DNA of 64,000 bases from the human T2T-CHM13v2.0 reference genome, Homo sapiens. The stretch's first letter is position 1; each line of letters starts with the position of its first letter. The DNA lies in assembly GCF_009914755.1 (NCBI RefSeq), contig NC_060939.1; one strand, written 5' to 3'. The notes under the pieces are model-generated. The model searched no databases. It saw only the letters and a list, made by a program, of their open reading frames with translations, and was not told where the DNA came from. Below are positions 1 through 12,166 of the stretch, piece after piece. Position numbers and translations under genes: made by a program.

Positions 1-174
1 TCCAATGACACCCACCGCCTGCTTCTCCCCAAACAATCCCTGCACAGTCCCCTTGTTCAAATTCTTTCTGTCCCCATAGCTAGTGACTGAAGTTCTTCCT
101 GCTCCTGAAGGGTCAACACAAACCCTACCTTCCCCAGTAAGCTTTCTCAGTCGCACTTAATGTCTGAAGGATAA

Positions 175-395
175 TATGACATTGTGGTTGAGCTAACTCA
201 CCTGAGTTCAAATCCTAGTTCTTCCAGTACCTCATCATGTGACACTGAGCAAGTTATTTAACCTATGTGGGTCTCAGTTTTCTCATCTGTAAAATGAGAA
301 TAGTCTTTATACCTACCTCACGGGACCATTCTGAGAATCATGAATTAATACCTATAAAGTGCTTCGAATCAATGCCAGGCACACACTAAAAGCTC
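175..395 (+). mobile_element. MIR SINE
   Basis: MIR core: gtgacactgagcaagttatttaacc...ctcagttttctcatctgtaaaatgagaata. Confidence 0.75.
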
Positions 396-856
396 AAAAA
401 TATTGATTATTTTTAAGGTCTTTTTATCTCATTTCTATTATAGATTTAACACAGGATAAAATGTAATAAGTAAGTTGTGTTGTATATTCTGGCCTATTAG
501 GGTATGAGCTTGTATGGGGTAGGTACACAGCACCTCTGGATATTCTGTTTTGTCTTTTTCTATATAATCCCCCAACATGTTTATCAGAATGAATTGTATT
601 CATGGACATTCTTTTTAAATATGTTAGATGTGGTTCATTCTCAAAGTGCTGTTAGAAATCTACCTATCTTGGTTTCCAATCAGGCATCTGAAGAAAAGAA
701 GGATAACAGAAATATGTAGTGTTTGATTTTAGATTTTTTAAATTATGACTTTTAGGGTTCCTGAGCTTTGGTAAAGAAGAATTTTTATTTTTCCCCAAAG
801 TACTGAGATCAGGATGGATTAGGGAAGAGGAACCCAGGCATGCCCTATTTTATTGA

Positions 857-1265
<409 letters not shown>

Positions 1266-2069
1266 AGCCTGCGTCTTTAGTTCTCCAGCCTCCTACACAC
1301 CTCTTGGACTTTACCATTAGAATATGGTCTCCCCTGCTCTAACTCCTCCTCTAGCTTTGCTAGTTCTGGCTGCTTCCAGTAACACCCATCCCTGCTTGTC
1401 ATAGCTACAGTCGTAGAGACCCAGCCAGGCAGAGGCCTACCTCACCAGCACCCTCTTGGGCTGGCGGCACTTCCTGCAGGGTCCCAGGACGTACGTGTTA
1501 CTTTTTCTTTTACTCATTCATTGCCTTAATTCATTCAACAAACAGAAGGCAGTGGTCAGTGACACTGGGTGGTTAGAGGTCAGGAAGAAATTCACAGAGG
1601 AGGAACTCTTGAGCAGACTTCTGAATGACATGTCTGTTCATCGGGCCCACATGTGGGTAGATACAGAAGAATGTGAGGAAGGAGAGCAGTGTGGATAAAA
1701 GTAGGGGGTGTCAAATGGAGTGGTAAGTTTGGGGGAACTTCAGCAGATTCCATAGGACTAGAACATAGGTTCAAGAGAGAGCTTGCAAAGTTAGCTATAG
1801 AGACTCTTGAACTCCATGTGAAGGAGTTAAAATTGTATCCAAGAAGGAAGTGACTTGGTCAGGTTTTATTTTAGTTCATTTACTCTAAGAGCTATATAGA
1901 TATATTGGGGAAATATGAGAGTATGGCTGGGAGTCTAGTGAAGGGGATATGACAATATCTTGGTGAGAGAGCATGAGAGTAGAAGCAATGGGGATGAATT
2001 CTAATGATGTTTCACATGTGTCCTCTAAATTCCCGATGCCTGATGAGAGTTGGGAGCTATAGGACAGAG

Positions 2070-2296
2070 ACGGTGGTGGGTTTGTGAATATTGAACAGCT
2101 GGCTTCGGTAGTAGGGTGGTGAGTGGGGAGAGGTAGCTATCATTTGTTGTGGTCGCCTATTTCCATAGTGTAAATACTCCCATTGTAGCTGTTTTCCAGC
2201 TACCAATGTGATGTCATTGAATGCAGAGTTGGGAATAGTTGCTAGCAGTCTCATTGACTTGTGATTCAGGGAGAGGCAGGGCCAGCACACCACTGG
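2070..2296 (-). mobile_element. hAT MITE, MER63A-like
   Basis: Terminus ccagcacaccactgg; internal taaatactccca...agctaccaatgtgatgtcattgaatgcagagttggga matches recalled MER63A. Confidence 0.6.
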
Positions 2297-2314
2297 ACAG
2301 GAGGAAATCTAGAT

Positions 2315-2818
2315 CAGTGGTCTACAGCCATTTTGGCACCAGGGACCAGTTTCATGGAAGACAGTTTTTCCACGGACCAGTCGTAGGGGATGGTTTTGGG
2401 ATGATTCTAGCACATTAAATGTATTGTGTACTTTCTTTATATTATTATTACATTGTAATGTGTAATGGAATAGTTATATAACTCACCATGATGTAGAATC
2501 AGTGAGAGTCCTGAGCTTGTTTTCCTGCAACTAGATGGTCCCATCCGGGGTTGATGAGAGACAGAGACACATCATTAGGCATTAGATTCTCATAAGGAGC
2601 CCGCAACCTAGATCCCTCACGTGCACAGTTCACAGTAGGGTTTGTGTTCCTATGAGAATCTAATGCCACCACTCATCTGACAGGAGGCGGAGTTCAGGCA
2701 GTAATGGCAGTGATGGGGAACGGCTGTAAATACAGATGAAGCTTCGCTCACTGGCCTTACTCACCTCCTGCTGTGAGGCCTGATTCCTAACAGGGGGTTC
2801 GGTGGTTGGGGACCCATG
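2315..2818 (-). mobile_element. MER1A hAT-Charlie element
   Basis: Termini cagtggtc...ggttggggacccatg; perfect 8-bp TSD atctagat at 2307-2314 and 2819-2826. Confidence 0.85.
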
Positions 2819-2945
2819 ATCTAGATGATTCCCTGGTTTCTGGCTTGAGTAAATTGGCAGAAGTTGACGCCATTAACTTGGGGAATATAAGAAGAGGAGA
2901 ATAATTGGGATGGGATAGGGTAGGGGGCATATAACATGTTGAGAT

Positions 2946-3298
2946 CAGGGGTCCCCAACCCCCAAGCCATGGACGGATACTGGTCCATAGCCTGTTGGGA
3001 ACTGAGCTGCACAATAGGAGGTGAGCGGGAGGCAAGCAGGCATTACCACCTGAGCTCTGCCTTCTGTCAGATCAGCAGCGGCATTAGCTTCTCATGGGAA
3101 CACAAACCCTATTGTGAACTGCGCATGCGAGGGATCTAGATTGCAGCTCCTTATGAAAATCTAATGCCTGATGATCTGAGGTGGAACAGTTTCATCCCAA
3201 AACCATCTAGCCCCCAATCCCCACCCCGACAACTGGTTTGTGGAAAAACTGTTTTCTATGAAACCAGTACCTGGTGCCAGAAAGGTTGGGGACTGCTG
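2946..3298 (+). mobile_element. MER1B hAT-Charlie element
   Basis: TIRs caggggtccccaacc / ggttggggactgctg; TSD gttgagat / gtttagat (7 of 8). Confidence 0.85.
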
Positions 3299-3779
3299 GT
3301 TTAGATTATGATCATTTAAACTTGAGGGACCTGGAAGAGATTTCCAGTAAGAAGTGGATAATTAGGTCTGAAGTTCCAGAAAGAGATCTAGGCTAGACAG
3401 ATAAACTTGAAGGCATTAACCTAGAGTTGTTAGTTAAAACTACAAAATCATCCAAGGAAAAGCATAGAGCAAGAGAGATAGTGGCTGTGCATTGGCACCT
3501 GAGGGGTAGAAACAGCCAGCTGGGTACTGGCAATGGTGGTCAGAAAGGACCAGAAAAAAAAAGGTAAAAAAAAAATCTTGGGGAGGAGAGACTTCTTCAT
3601 GAAGTGAGTGATTAAAGTTACCACATGCCCTAAGACGGTCAAGTAAGAATACTGAAGAGAAGGCACTGAATTTGTCACTAGGGGGCCCTTGGTTGTCTCT
3701 TCCAAGTAACATTTAATGTGGTGTTGGGAGCAGAAGCCAGACTGAAATTGGTGGAAGAGTAACACAGAAGCAACCTGAA

Positions 3780-5170
3780 TTTACTGTAGCCGGGCCTCCA
3801 TGGGCCTCAGGGGCCTCCACTGCTCATTTCAGAATCCACCCACAGCATCCCTGGTGGCCTCCTCTCAGCCCACTGTGTTCAGAGAAGCCTGAAGAGAATC
3901 CAGAGTATCTGCCCAGGTTCTTGGTACAGCTTCAAATGAGCTTCTCAGATCTTTACTCCTATTGGGAGGAGTGGAAACCAGCACCAGCCCAGCAGCCATA
4001 TTCAGGGCTGGTTCCTGAGAGGCCAGGGTTCCAGCAGGGTAATAGGAAGGTATTGATGCTGTGTCATGGCCAGAGCAAATGCTGCCAAGACCATGCAGAA
4101 ATATCCAGCCAGATGGCTTGGGGTAGAAACCTGGCCTGGCACCAGGACTTGAAGCCATGCCAGGGATATGACTGGAGTAAAGGCAGGACCCAGCAAGCAA
4201 GGAGCTGAGGTCATTGCCATAGATGGCCTTGGGCACCCAGAACTGGCCTTGACTGGGTGTGGCAGACTGCACAAAGACCCAGAGAGAGGAGTTACAGAAG
4301 AAAGCTCATTTCATTTTCTAGAATGTGGCATTTCTCACATTTAGCACAGTGGGAGAGGTGGAGGGATGGGTTAATGCTCTTGCACAGCCCAGCAGCCCCT
4401 TCAGGAGGGTGCTGCAGTCGGTACCTGGCCACTGTCTGCAGAGTGCATGATGCCCCTGCCTAATCAGGCTTGGCCAGTGTTGCTGTTTTGGGGCATCTCC
4501 AGATGAGAGAGGAAGGTCACCCCAAACCAGACCGGTTTCTTGCCCAAGAACTATGTTTGATGATGCCACGTTCCAGGCATTGCTCTCAAGGAACTCACAG
4601 GAGCCCCAAGAAAGGAAGTGGCTCAAACTGTGGAACCTGGCAGCCTGGCAGAGCCCATGAATTCCGATCTCTGGCTGGAATCCCCGTTTACTCCCCAGGC
4701 ACACCTGCCAGTCAAAATGCCCCATACCCCAGTGTGAGCAATGGCCAAAGCAGAGTTGGGAAAGGGACCATCTGGGGCCACAAGGCCTGCCTTCCAGTAA
4801 ATGGGCATGCAGCCACAGGGAGCAGCTGGGCTTCTTCTGTGTTCACCCCACCATTTGGGCAGGCTCTTCACCAAGGCTATGCCCTGCCCACCACCTGAGG
4901 CTTCATGGCCTCCCTTAGAAGGAGTCAGAATCCCATCAACTTTAAGCCCCAAGCTCAGCTGAGGGACATGTGGTACCAGTGGAAATGAGCATCACTGGAA
5001 CCCACTTTCCTGCTGGTCCCAGGGCACCAGGATGCTTTGTGGGTTTCATGTTAGAATCAGGTCATCCCCAGCTTGAGCTGTTTAGCCAGACGTTTCCCCA
5101 TGTGTGCTTCCGCACCATCCCAGTGAGAGCAAGAACATTCAAGCTTCCACCCGATCTGTAGCAGCCACTG
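3780..5170 (+). pseudogene. Decayed Ty3/gypsy gag(-pro) sequence related to the PEG10/RTL (Mart/Sirh) family
   Basis: Collinear blocks across frameshifts: SEKPEENPEYLPRFLVQLQ (3879-3935); NVAFLTFSTVGEVEGWVNALAQPSSP (4322-4399); SRYLATVCRVHDAP; EGHPKPDRFLAQEL/FDDATFQA (~4510-4579); LKELTGAPRKEVAQTVEPGSLAEPMNSDLWLE (4585-4680); knuckle-like KWACSHREQLGFFCVHP/HLGR (4799-4863). Compared by eye with recalled PEG10, RTL3, RTL5 and RTL6 sequences. Confidence 0.75.
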
Positions 5171-5872
5171 CTACCTTGAAACAATCGATCTCCACATATT
5201 CCTTAGTTGTATTAATTCAAAAGTTTGACTGAACACAGTTTATGCTCTGCTTGCAAAGAAGTGAGTTACAAAACCATCCATGTGCACATCCATCTTTTAT
5301 ATTGTCCACCACTGAAAGGCCCATAGCCAGACAGTGTCCACCTGGATCTTTTTAAATAAAAATGATACTTACACGGGTAGGCATACCTTGCCTTGTTACA
5401 ATAGGCTACTTCTAAGTATTCATAACATGCAATCCAATTAGTAAAAATAGAAGCAGGTGAGTAATAAAAAAAGGAGAACAAACAACGTTAATATGTGATT
5501 GTGTCTTGAATTTTATATTCCTTTTACATGTAGGCACTAATTTGGCTCCAAACTTGCTTTAACAGCCATCTTGAAAAAGGCAACCTTGCCAATTGCAGTT
5601 TAGGAATTCATTAGATAGGAAATGAGCTAATTACTCAGAGTAAAGTATAATGATTTCTGATGCTAAAACCAGAAAGAAATCCTCCCATGATCCTCTTGCA
5701 GAAGACACTGGATATTGTGAAGACTAGAATGTGCTCATAGACAACACAGATGCTGCTTCCTATTTTCCCTTCCCTCTTGACCAGCAGCTTCCTGTCAAAT
5801 TGTCTTTCAGTGAAAGAAACTGGGTCAGGAATGCCTTTCTCTAGTGCTTTGGCTTAATTCATGGTACATGCT

Positions 5873-6052
5873 GGGGTAATGGTCCTCGAACTTTGCTGCA
5901 CATTTCAGTCAACTGGGGAACTTTAAAAAATTCTGATGTCCTGGCTGCACCCCGTAAGTCAGAATTTCTGGGGATGGGACCCAGGATACTGAGATTAGTG
6001 AATACTAACAATAACAGGTGATTCTAACAAATAGCAAAATTTGAGAGCCATT
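5873..6052. mobile_element. MER5A-like hAT MITE
   Basis: tcagaatttctggggatgggacccagg...caggtgattctaac...tttgagagcca. Confidence 0.6.
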
Positions 6053-7384
6053 TTTTTTAGAGCATCTGTGGTCAGAGTTGATATTGAACCTGCACATACC
6101 AGTATGGACATGGTCAGAAATATGGTCAGAAAAAAAAGAATTAGTAAACAGCCTCTGCTGGAACCCCATGAGCATTTCTCACCTGCTCAGGCCACTCTGC
6201 CAGTAACCGCCTGACTTGTCCATAATCGAACAACTATGGGGTTAACACTTCGTACCATAGTAGGCCTCCAAGACCCTATTCCAGTGCTATGGCCAGACAC
6301 ATTCTGTTGATTGAGCCCTTGCTGTGAAGATTTAGTATTTTGAACACCATCTATATTATCTATAGTAATGGATTGACTATAAATTTACCAGGGAGTCTTC
6401 CATACATGTTTTTCAGCTTTTGATTGTTGAACAGTAGAAAGTTCAAAATTGTATTCTAGCCAAATTAGGGGAAATTTACATGGCTTAACTGGCTGGGCCA
6501 TTTGACATACTTTGTAGATACTCTGTCTCCCAAAAAGTAAAAGTATGTATGTGGCAGTTCATCCAGCTCCACTTAGAGATGATGTGACAGAGCATTTTCA
6601 AGCAGAACCCTGGACCCATCCTGAGATCAATAGGCCTGACCTACCAATTGCATCTGTATGGAATTTGTATACAAACAAATTATGTATGTCCTTCACTGAG
6701 AACATTCTCTACCACAGAAATTATGGGTTCACCTCCATTGTTTCCCTGAACCTGTTGACACCACGAAACCCCAGTAGGCAGCCAGACTTCAAAGGGCTCA
6801 TGAGGCGTGCAAGAGGACTTCAGTTATTCTCAGTTCTCAGGGTACCAGTAAACACACTGTAGCCAGCGCCAAGGGCCTGAGAAGGCTATGAAAGAGAAGT
6901 CTCAATCTGCTTCTTCTCCCAGCGTGTGCTACAACAAGGAGGACCTGTAACTGGGGTCCCCCAAGGTAAATTAGGTCCCCATTGCATGACCTTCTAAATC
7001 CAGAGGTATTCTTGATGTTAGTCCAGTATCTCTTCTGCCACTCACTAGTGCTTCCAAGCCATCCATCCTACACTCCACAATCTGCTCAGGAACCTAAATA
7101 CATCATCAAAGAGGATCCAGACTTCCACCCATATCACTGTCCTTCTCCCATGCCTACCTCAGAATCACCCCAGAACACATTGAGCCTTCTCTCAGGTGAA
7201 ACAAGGGAGAGAAATACTTCTCTTGGGGACAGGATCTGAGAAGTATTGTCTTTGGGCCTAGCCCATTAAGAGGAGCCGATCGATGCCCAGGAACAAGTCA
7301 AAGCCAACCCCATCTCTGTTCCCTCTTAGTCTTCCCTGCTGTGCATTGGCTGCACCTGCCCTTGTCACCAGATCAGTGGTGGCA

Positions 7385-7610
7385 GCAGTTATATATGAGA
7401 GCTCATTATGTGCCCGCTACTGTGCTGTGCACTTGATATAAACAATCTGACTTAATTTTTACTTCCCTCCCATTGAAAGCACTAACATTATTCACATTTC
7501 ACAGGTGAGGAAACTGAGGCTCAGAGAGATGAAAGAATTTGTCCAAGTGGCAGAGCTAAGATTCAAACTCAGGTTTATCTGACTTCAAACTGCCTATGCC
7601 ACCTGTTCTT
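7385..7610 (-). mobile_element. MIR SINE
   Basis: Reverse MIR core acaggtgaggaaactgaggctcagagag. Confidence 0.75.
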
Positions 7611-8236
7611 TTTTGATCACGGCTACCCATTGCTTCTTCAGACCCCCATGCCAATTTAATCGACATATTTGGGTTATATTCTGCAGCTGGCCAACCTCAG
7701 CCTCCTTTCAGACCCTTCAAATACATTTGCTCACATTCCCACTCTCACTTCCTCCCTCAGATTTGGGGTACCCATGGCTCTAAGCCAGAGGGCCTCTCTG
7801 CCAGATAGTAGAGACCTGACATATCAGACCCTTATTGATGGAAACATGTACCCAGAGGCTGGGTATTTATGGAGCCATTATATGAGCATGGCCTAGAACA
7901 AATATTCCTCAAATCTAGAAATAACTATTCCCTACATTTCACCAAATCATTTAACCTCATGCCTCCCCAAACCAGGGTTTTATCAAATCACTTACACATT
8001 TTCATGCACCTCATTCACACTTGCATTCTTTGCCACTAAAGTACTAGATAGTTGTGAAATTTACCCCAATCTGTGGATGTATAATGTTATTCATGGTTTT
8101 ATTCTTGAATGTTTTAAAATAGTAAAAAAGATACGTTTGTTAGCCTGTATCAGCCTTGAAAGATTACTGTCAAAAAGTCTGTATTTTTGAGATGTTTATT
8201 CGTATTTTCTTTTCTTTCTTTTTTTTTTTCTTGGAG

Positions 8237-9308
8237 AAATCAAATCAGAGATGAAGACAAAACTTGGTGAGCAGGGTCCGCAGATCCTCAGTGTCCAGAG
8301 AGTCTACATTCAGACAAGGGAAGAGAAGCGTATTAACCTGACCATTGGTAGCAGAGCCTATTTGCTGCCCAACACATCCGTGATTATTAAGTGCCCAGTG
8401 CGACGATTCCAGAAATCTCTGATCCAGTGGGAGAAGGATGGCCGTTGCCTGCAGAACTCCAAACGGCTTGGCATCACCAAGTCAGGCTCACTAAAAATCC
8501 ACGGTCTTGCTGCCCCCGACATCGGCGTGTACCGGTGCATTGCAGGCTCTGCACAGGAAACAGTTGTGCTCAAGCTCATTGGTACTGACAACCGGCTCAT
8601 CGCACGCCCAGCCCTCAGGGAGCCTATGAGGGAATATCCTGGGATGGACCACAGCGAAGCCAATAGTTTGGGAGTCACATGGCACAAAATGAGGCAAATG
8701 TGGAATAACAAAAATGACCTTTATCTGGATGATGACCACATTAGTAACCAGCCTTTCTTGAGAGCTCTGTTAGGCCACTGCAGCAATTCTGCAGGAAGCA
8801 CCAACTCCTGGGAGTTGAAGAATAAGCAGTTTGAAGCAGCAGTTAAACAAGGAGCATATAGCATGGATACAGCCCAGTTTGATGAGCTGATAAGAAACAT
8901 GAGTCAGCTCATGGAAACCGGAGAGGTCAGCGATGATCTTGCGTCCCAGCTGATATATCAGCTGGTGGCCGAATTAGCCAAGGCACAGCCAACACACATG
9001 CAGTGGCGGGGCATCCAGGAAGAGACACCTCCTGCTGCTCAGCTCAGAGGGGAAACAGGGAGTGTGTCCCAAAGCTCGCATGCAAAAAACTCAGGCAAGC
9101 TGACATTCAAGCCGAAAGGACCTGTTCTCATGAGGCAAAGCCAACCTCCCTCAATTTCATTTAATAAAACAATAAATTCCAGGATTGGAAATACAGTATA
9201 CATTACAAAAAGGACAGAGGTCATCAATATACTGTGTGACCTTATTACCCCCAGTGAGGCCACATATACATGGACCAAGGATGGAACCTTGTTACAGCCC
9301 TCAGTAAA
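8237..9308 (+). CDS. ADAMTSL3: ADAMTSL3 exon 21 (1072 nt, phase 1 to 2): Ig-like domain 1, spacer, start of Ig-like domain 2
   Basis: Long pyrimidine tract then ggag| acceptor; (K)IKSEMKTKLGEQGPQ...IKCPVRRF...W...GVYRCIAG...WTKDGTLLQPSV(K); donor AA|gtaagt. Confidence 0.97.
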
Positions 9309-10471
9309 GTAAGTAAAATAAAAATGCAGTATTCATTTTTGCACTACCTTCTTAATGGCTATTCCAGTTTTCTTGAAAATATTTTCAAATTCCTCTCCTA
9401 AGCATGTGTTTCCAACAGGATTCTTTAGGAAAGAAACTAAAAAATGTTAAGATGTGTTTTTCACATATACGTTGGAATTTTTAAATTCAACCGCCATATC
9501 ATCCCAATCACTGTCGTAGAGGTGTGATATGACTGGATCCAGCAAGAATAAGTTTAAGCATATATACACTCCCCCTTTACTCAGCACTTGGCATTTAAAA
9601 ATAAAATCAATATAAGGCCATTTTAAAAGTAAGCTTATTAATAGTAATCCTACATTATGTTGGAACTGCAAATCAGAATTTACAGAGCTCTTCCATGTCT
9701 AGGAGATGTGGTATCTTATTTGAGCTCACATCAGCCCCATGAGATTGGCAGGGCAGGGGTTAACCTTTCTGATGAGGTAATTGAGAAGCAGAATCCCATG
9801 ACTACTTCATGGCCAATCAGAACCAAGGGCCGTATCTCTTGAATACCCACCAGTGGTATTTGAGTATCACACAAATACGTAGCCTTGTCAAAAGCTTGGG
9901 TATCTGAAGTAGTTTTCTATTATCATGCAATTTTTAAATGTCATACAATCCAAAAATAAGAATCATAGTGTTTTGAGATGTTCAAAACACAGTATTAAGT
10001 CACATATTATTCTGATCTCTATGCCAGTGTAAAAATGTCACATTTCCTTTATTTTACATAACAGATACTAATTTACTTTTGCATTCTTTATTGCCTTCAA
10101 ATCTTGCTGTTTGTATACAAAGTACTATAGACATTGTGCCTTCTTTTGATTCACATGTAAGAGCTCCAGCTCTACCTTATCTGCCTTTAGAGATCGTTAA
10201 GAGACACAAATAACACAGCAGATGTGAAACTGTTTTGCATATCACAAGGTACTTTCAAAATGCAAGTTTTACTTTTATCATGTCCTTTGTGCATTGAGCC
10301 TCGTATGTGAAACATCAGAAAAAACTTAGGTAAAATTCAGTTTTTTAAAATAATAAACTATTAGGCTATATCTTAAAAAGGTAGAAAAAATCTAATTTTT
10401 GAATTTTTAATGCTAGAACTATGAACACAAGAGTACAATGAAATTTTAGAAGTAGAATAAACCTTAAAACA

Positions 10472-12166
<1,695 letters not shown>

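Larger units (their letters stand above)
1497..3770 (-). mobile_element. Old L2 LINE broken into pieces (~1497-2040, ~2827-2937, ~3307-3770) by hAT insertions
   Basis: L2 3' end signature tcattcattcaacaaac in reverse, followed by purine-rich L2-like body; boundaries approximate. Confidence 0.6.

Noticed and set aside
4322-4400. FLTFSTVGEVEGWVNAL read as a PH-domain helix or RRM RNP1 motif
   Set aside because: Flanking blocks fit a Gag capsid in order, while no other PH or RRM elements are present
3865-4952. Minus-strand ORFs of 90-135 aa
   Set aside because: No recognisable homology; explained as antisense shadows of the + strand gag fossil
7213-7247. 10-bp inverted repeat aatacttctc/gagaagtatt
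   Set aside because: Too short for a miRNA-like hairpin; plausible by chance in 64 kb
8358-9278. Antisense and alternate-frame ORFs over exon 21
   Set aside because: Shadows of a long coding exon; no motifs
8251-9312. 353-aa ORF as a stand-alone single-exon gene
   Set aside because: It is an internal ADAMTSL3 exon: splice acceptor just upstream, stop codon inside the gtaagt donor, and the Ig domain continues at 14655
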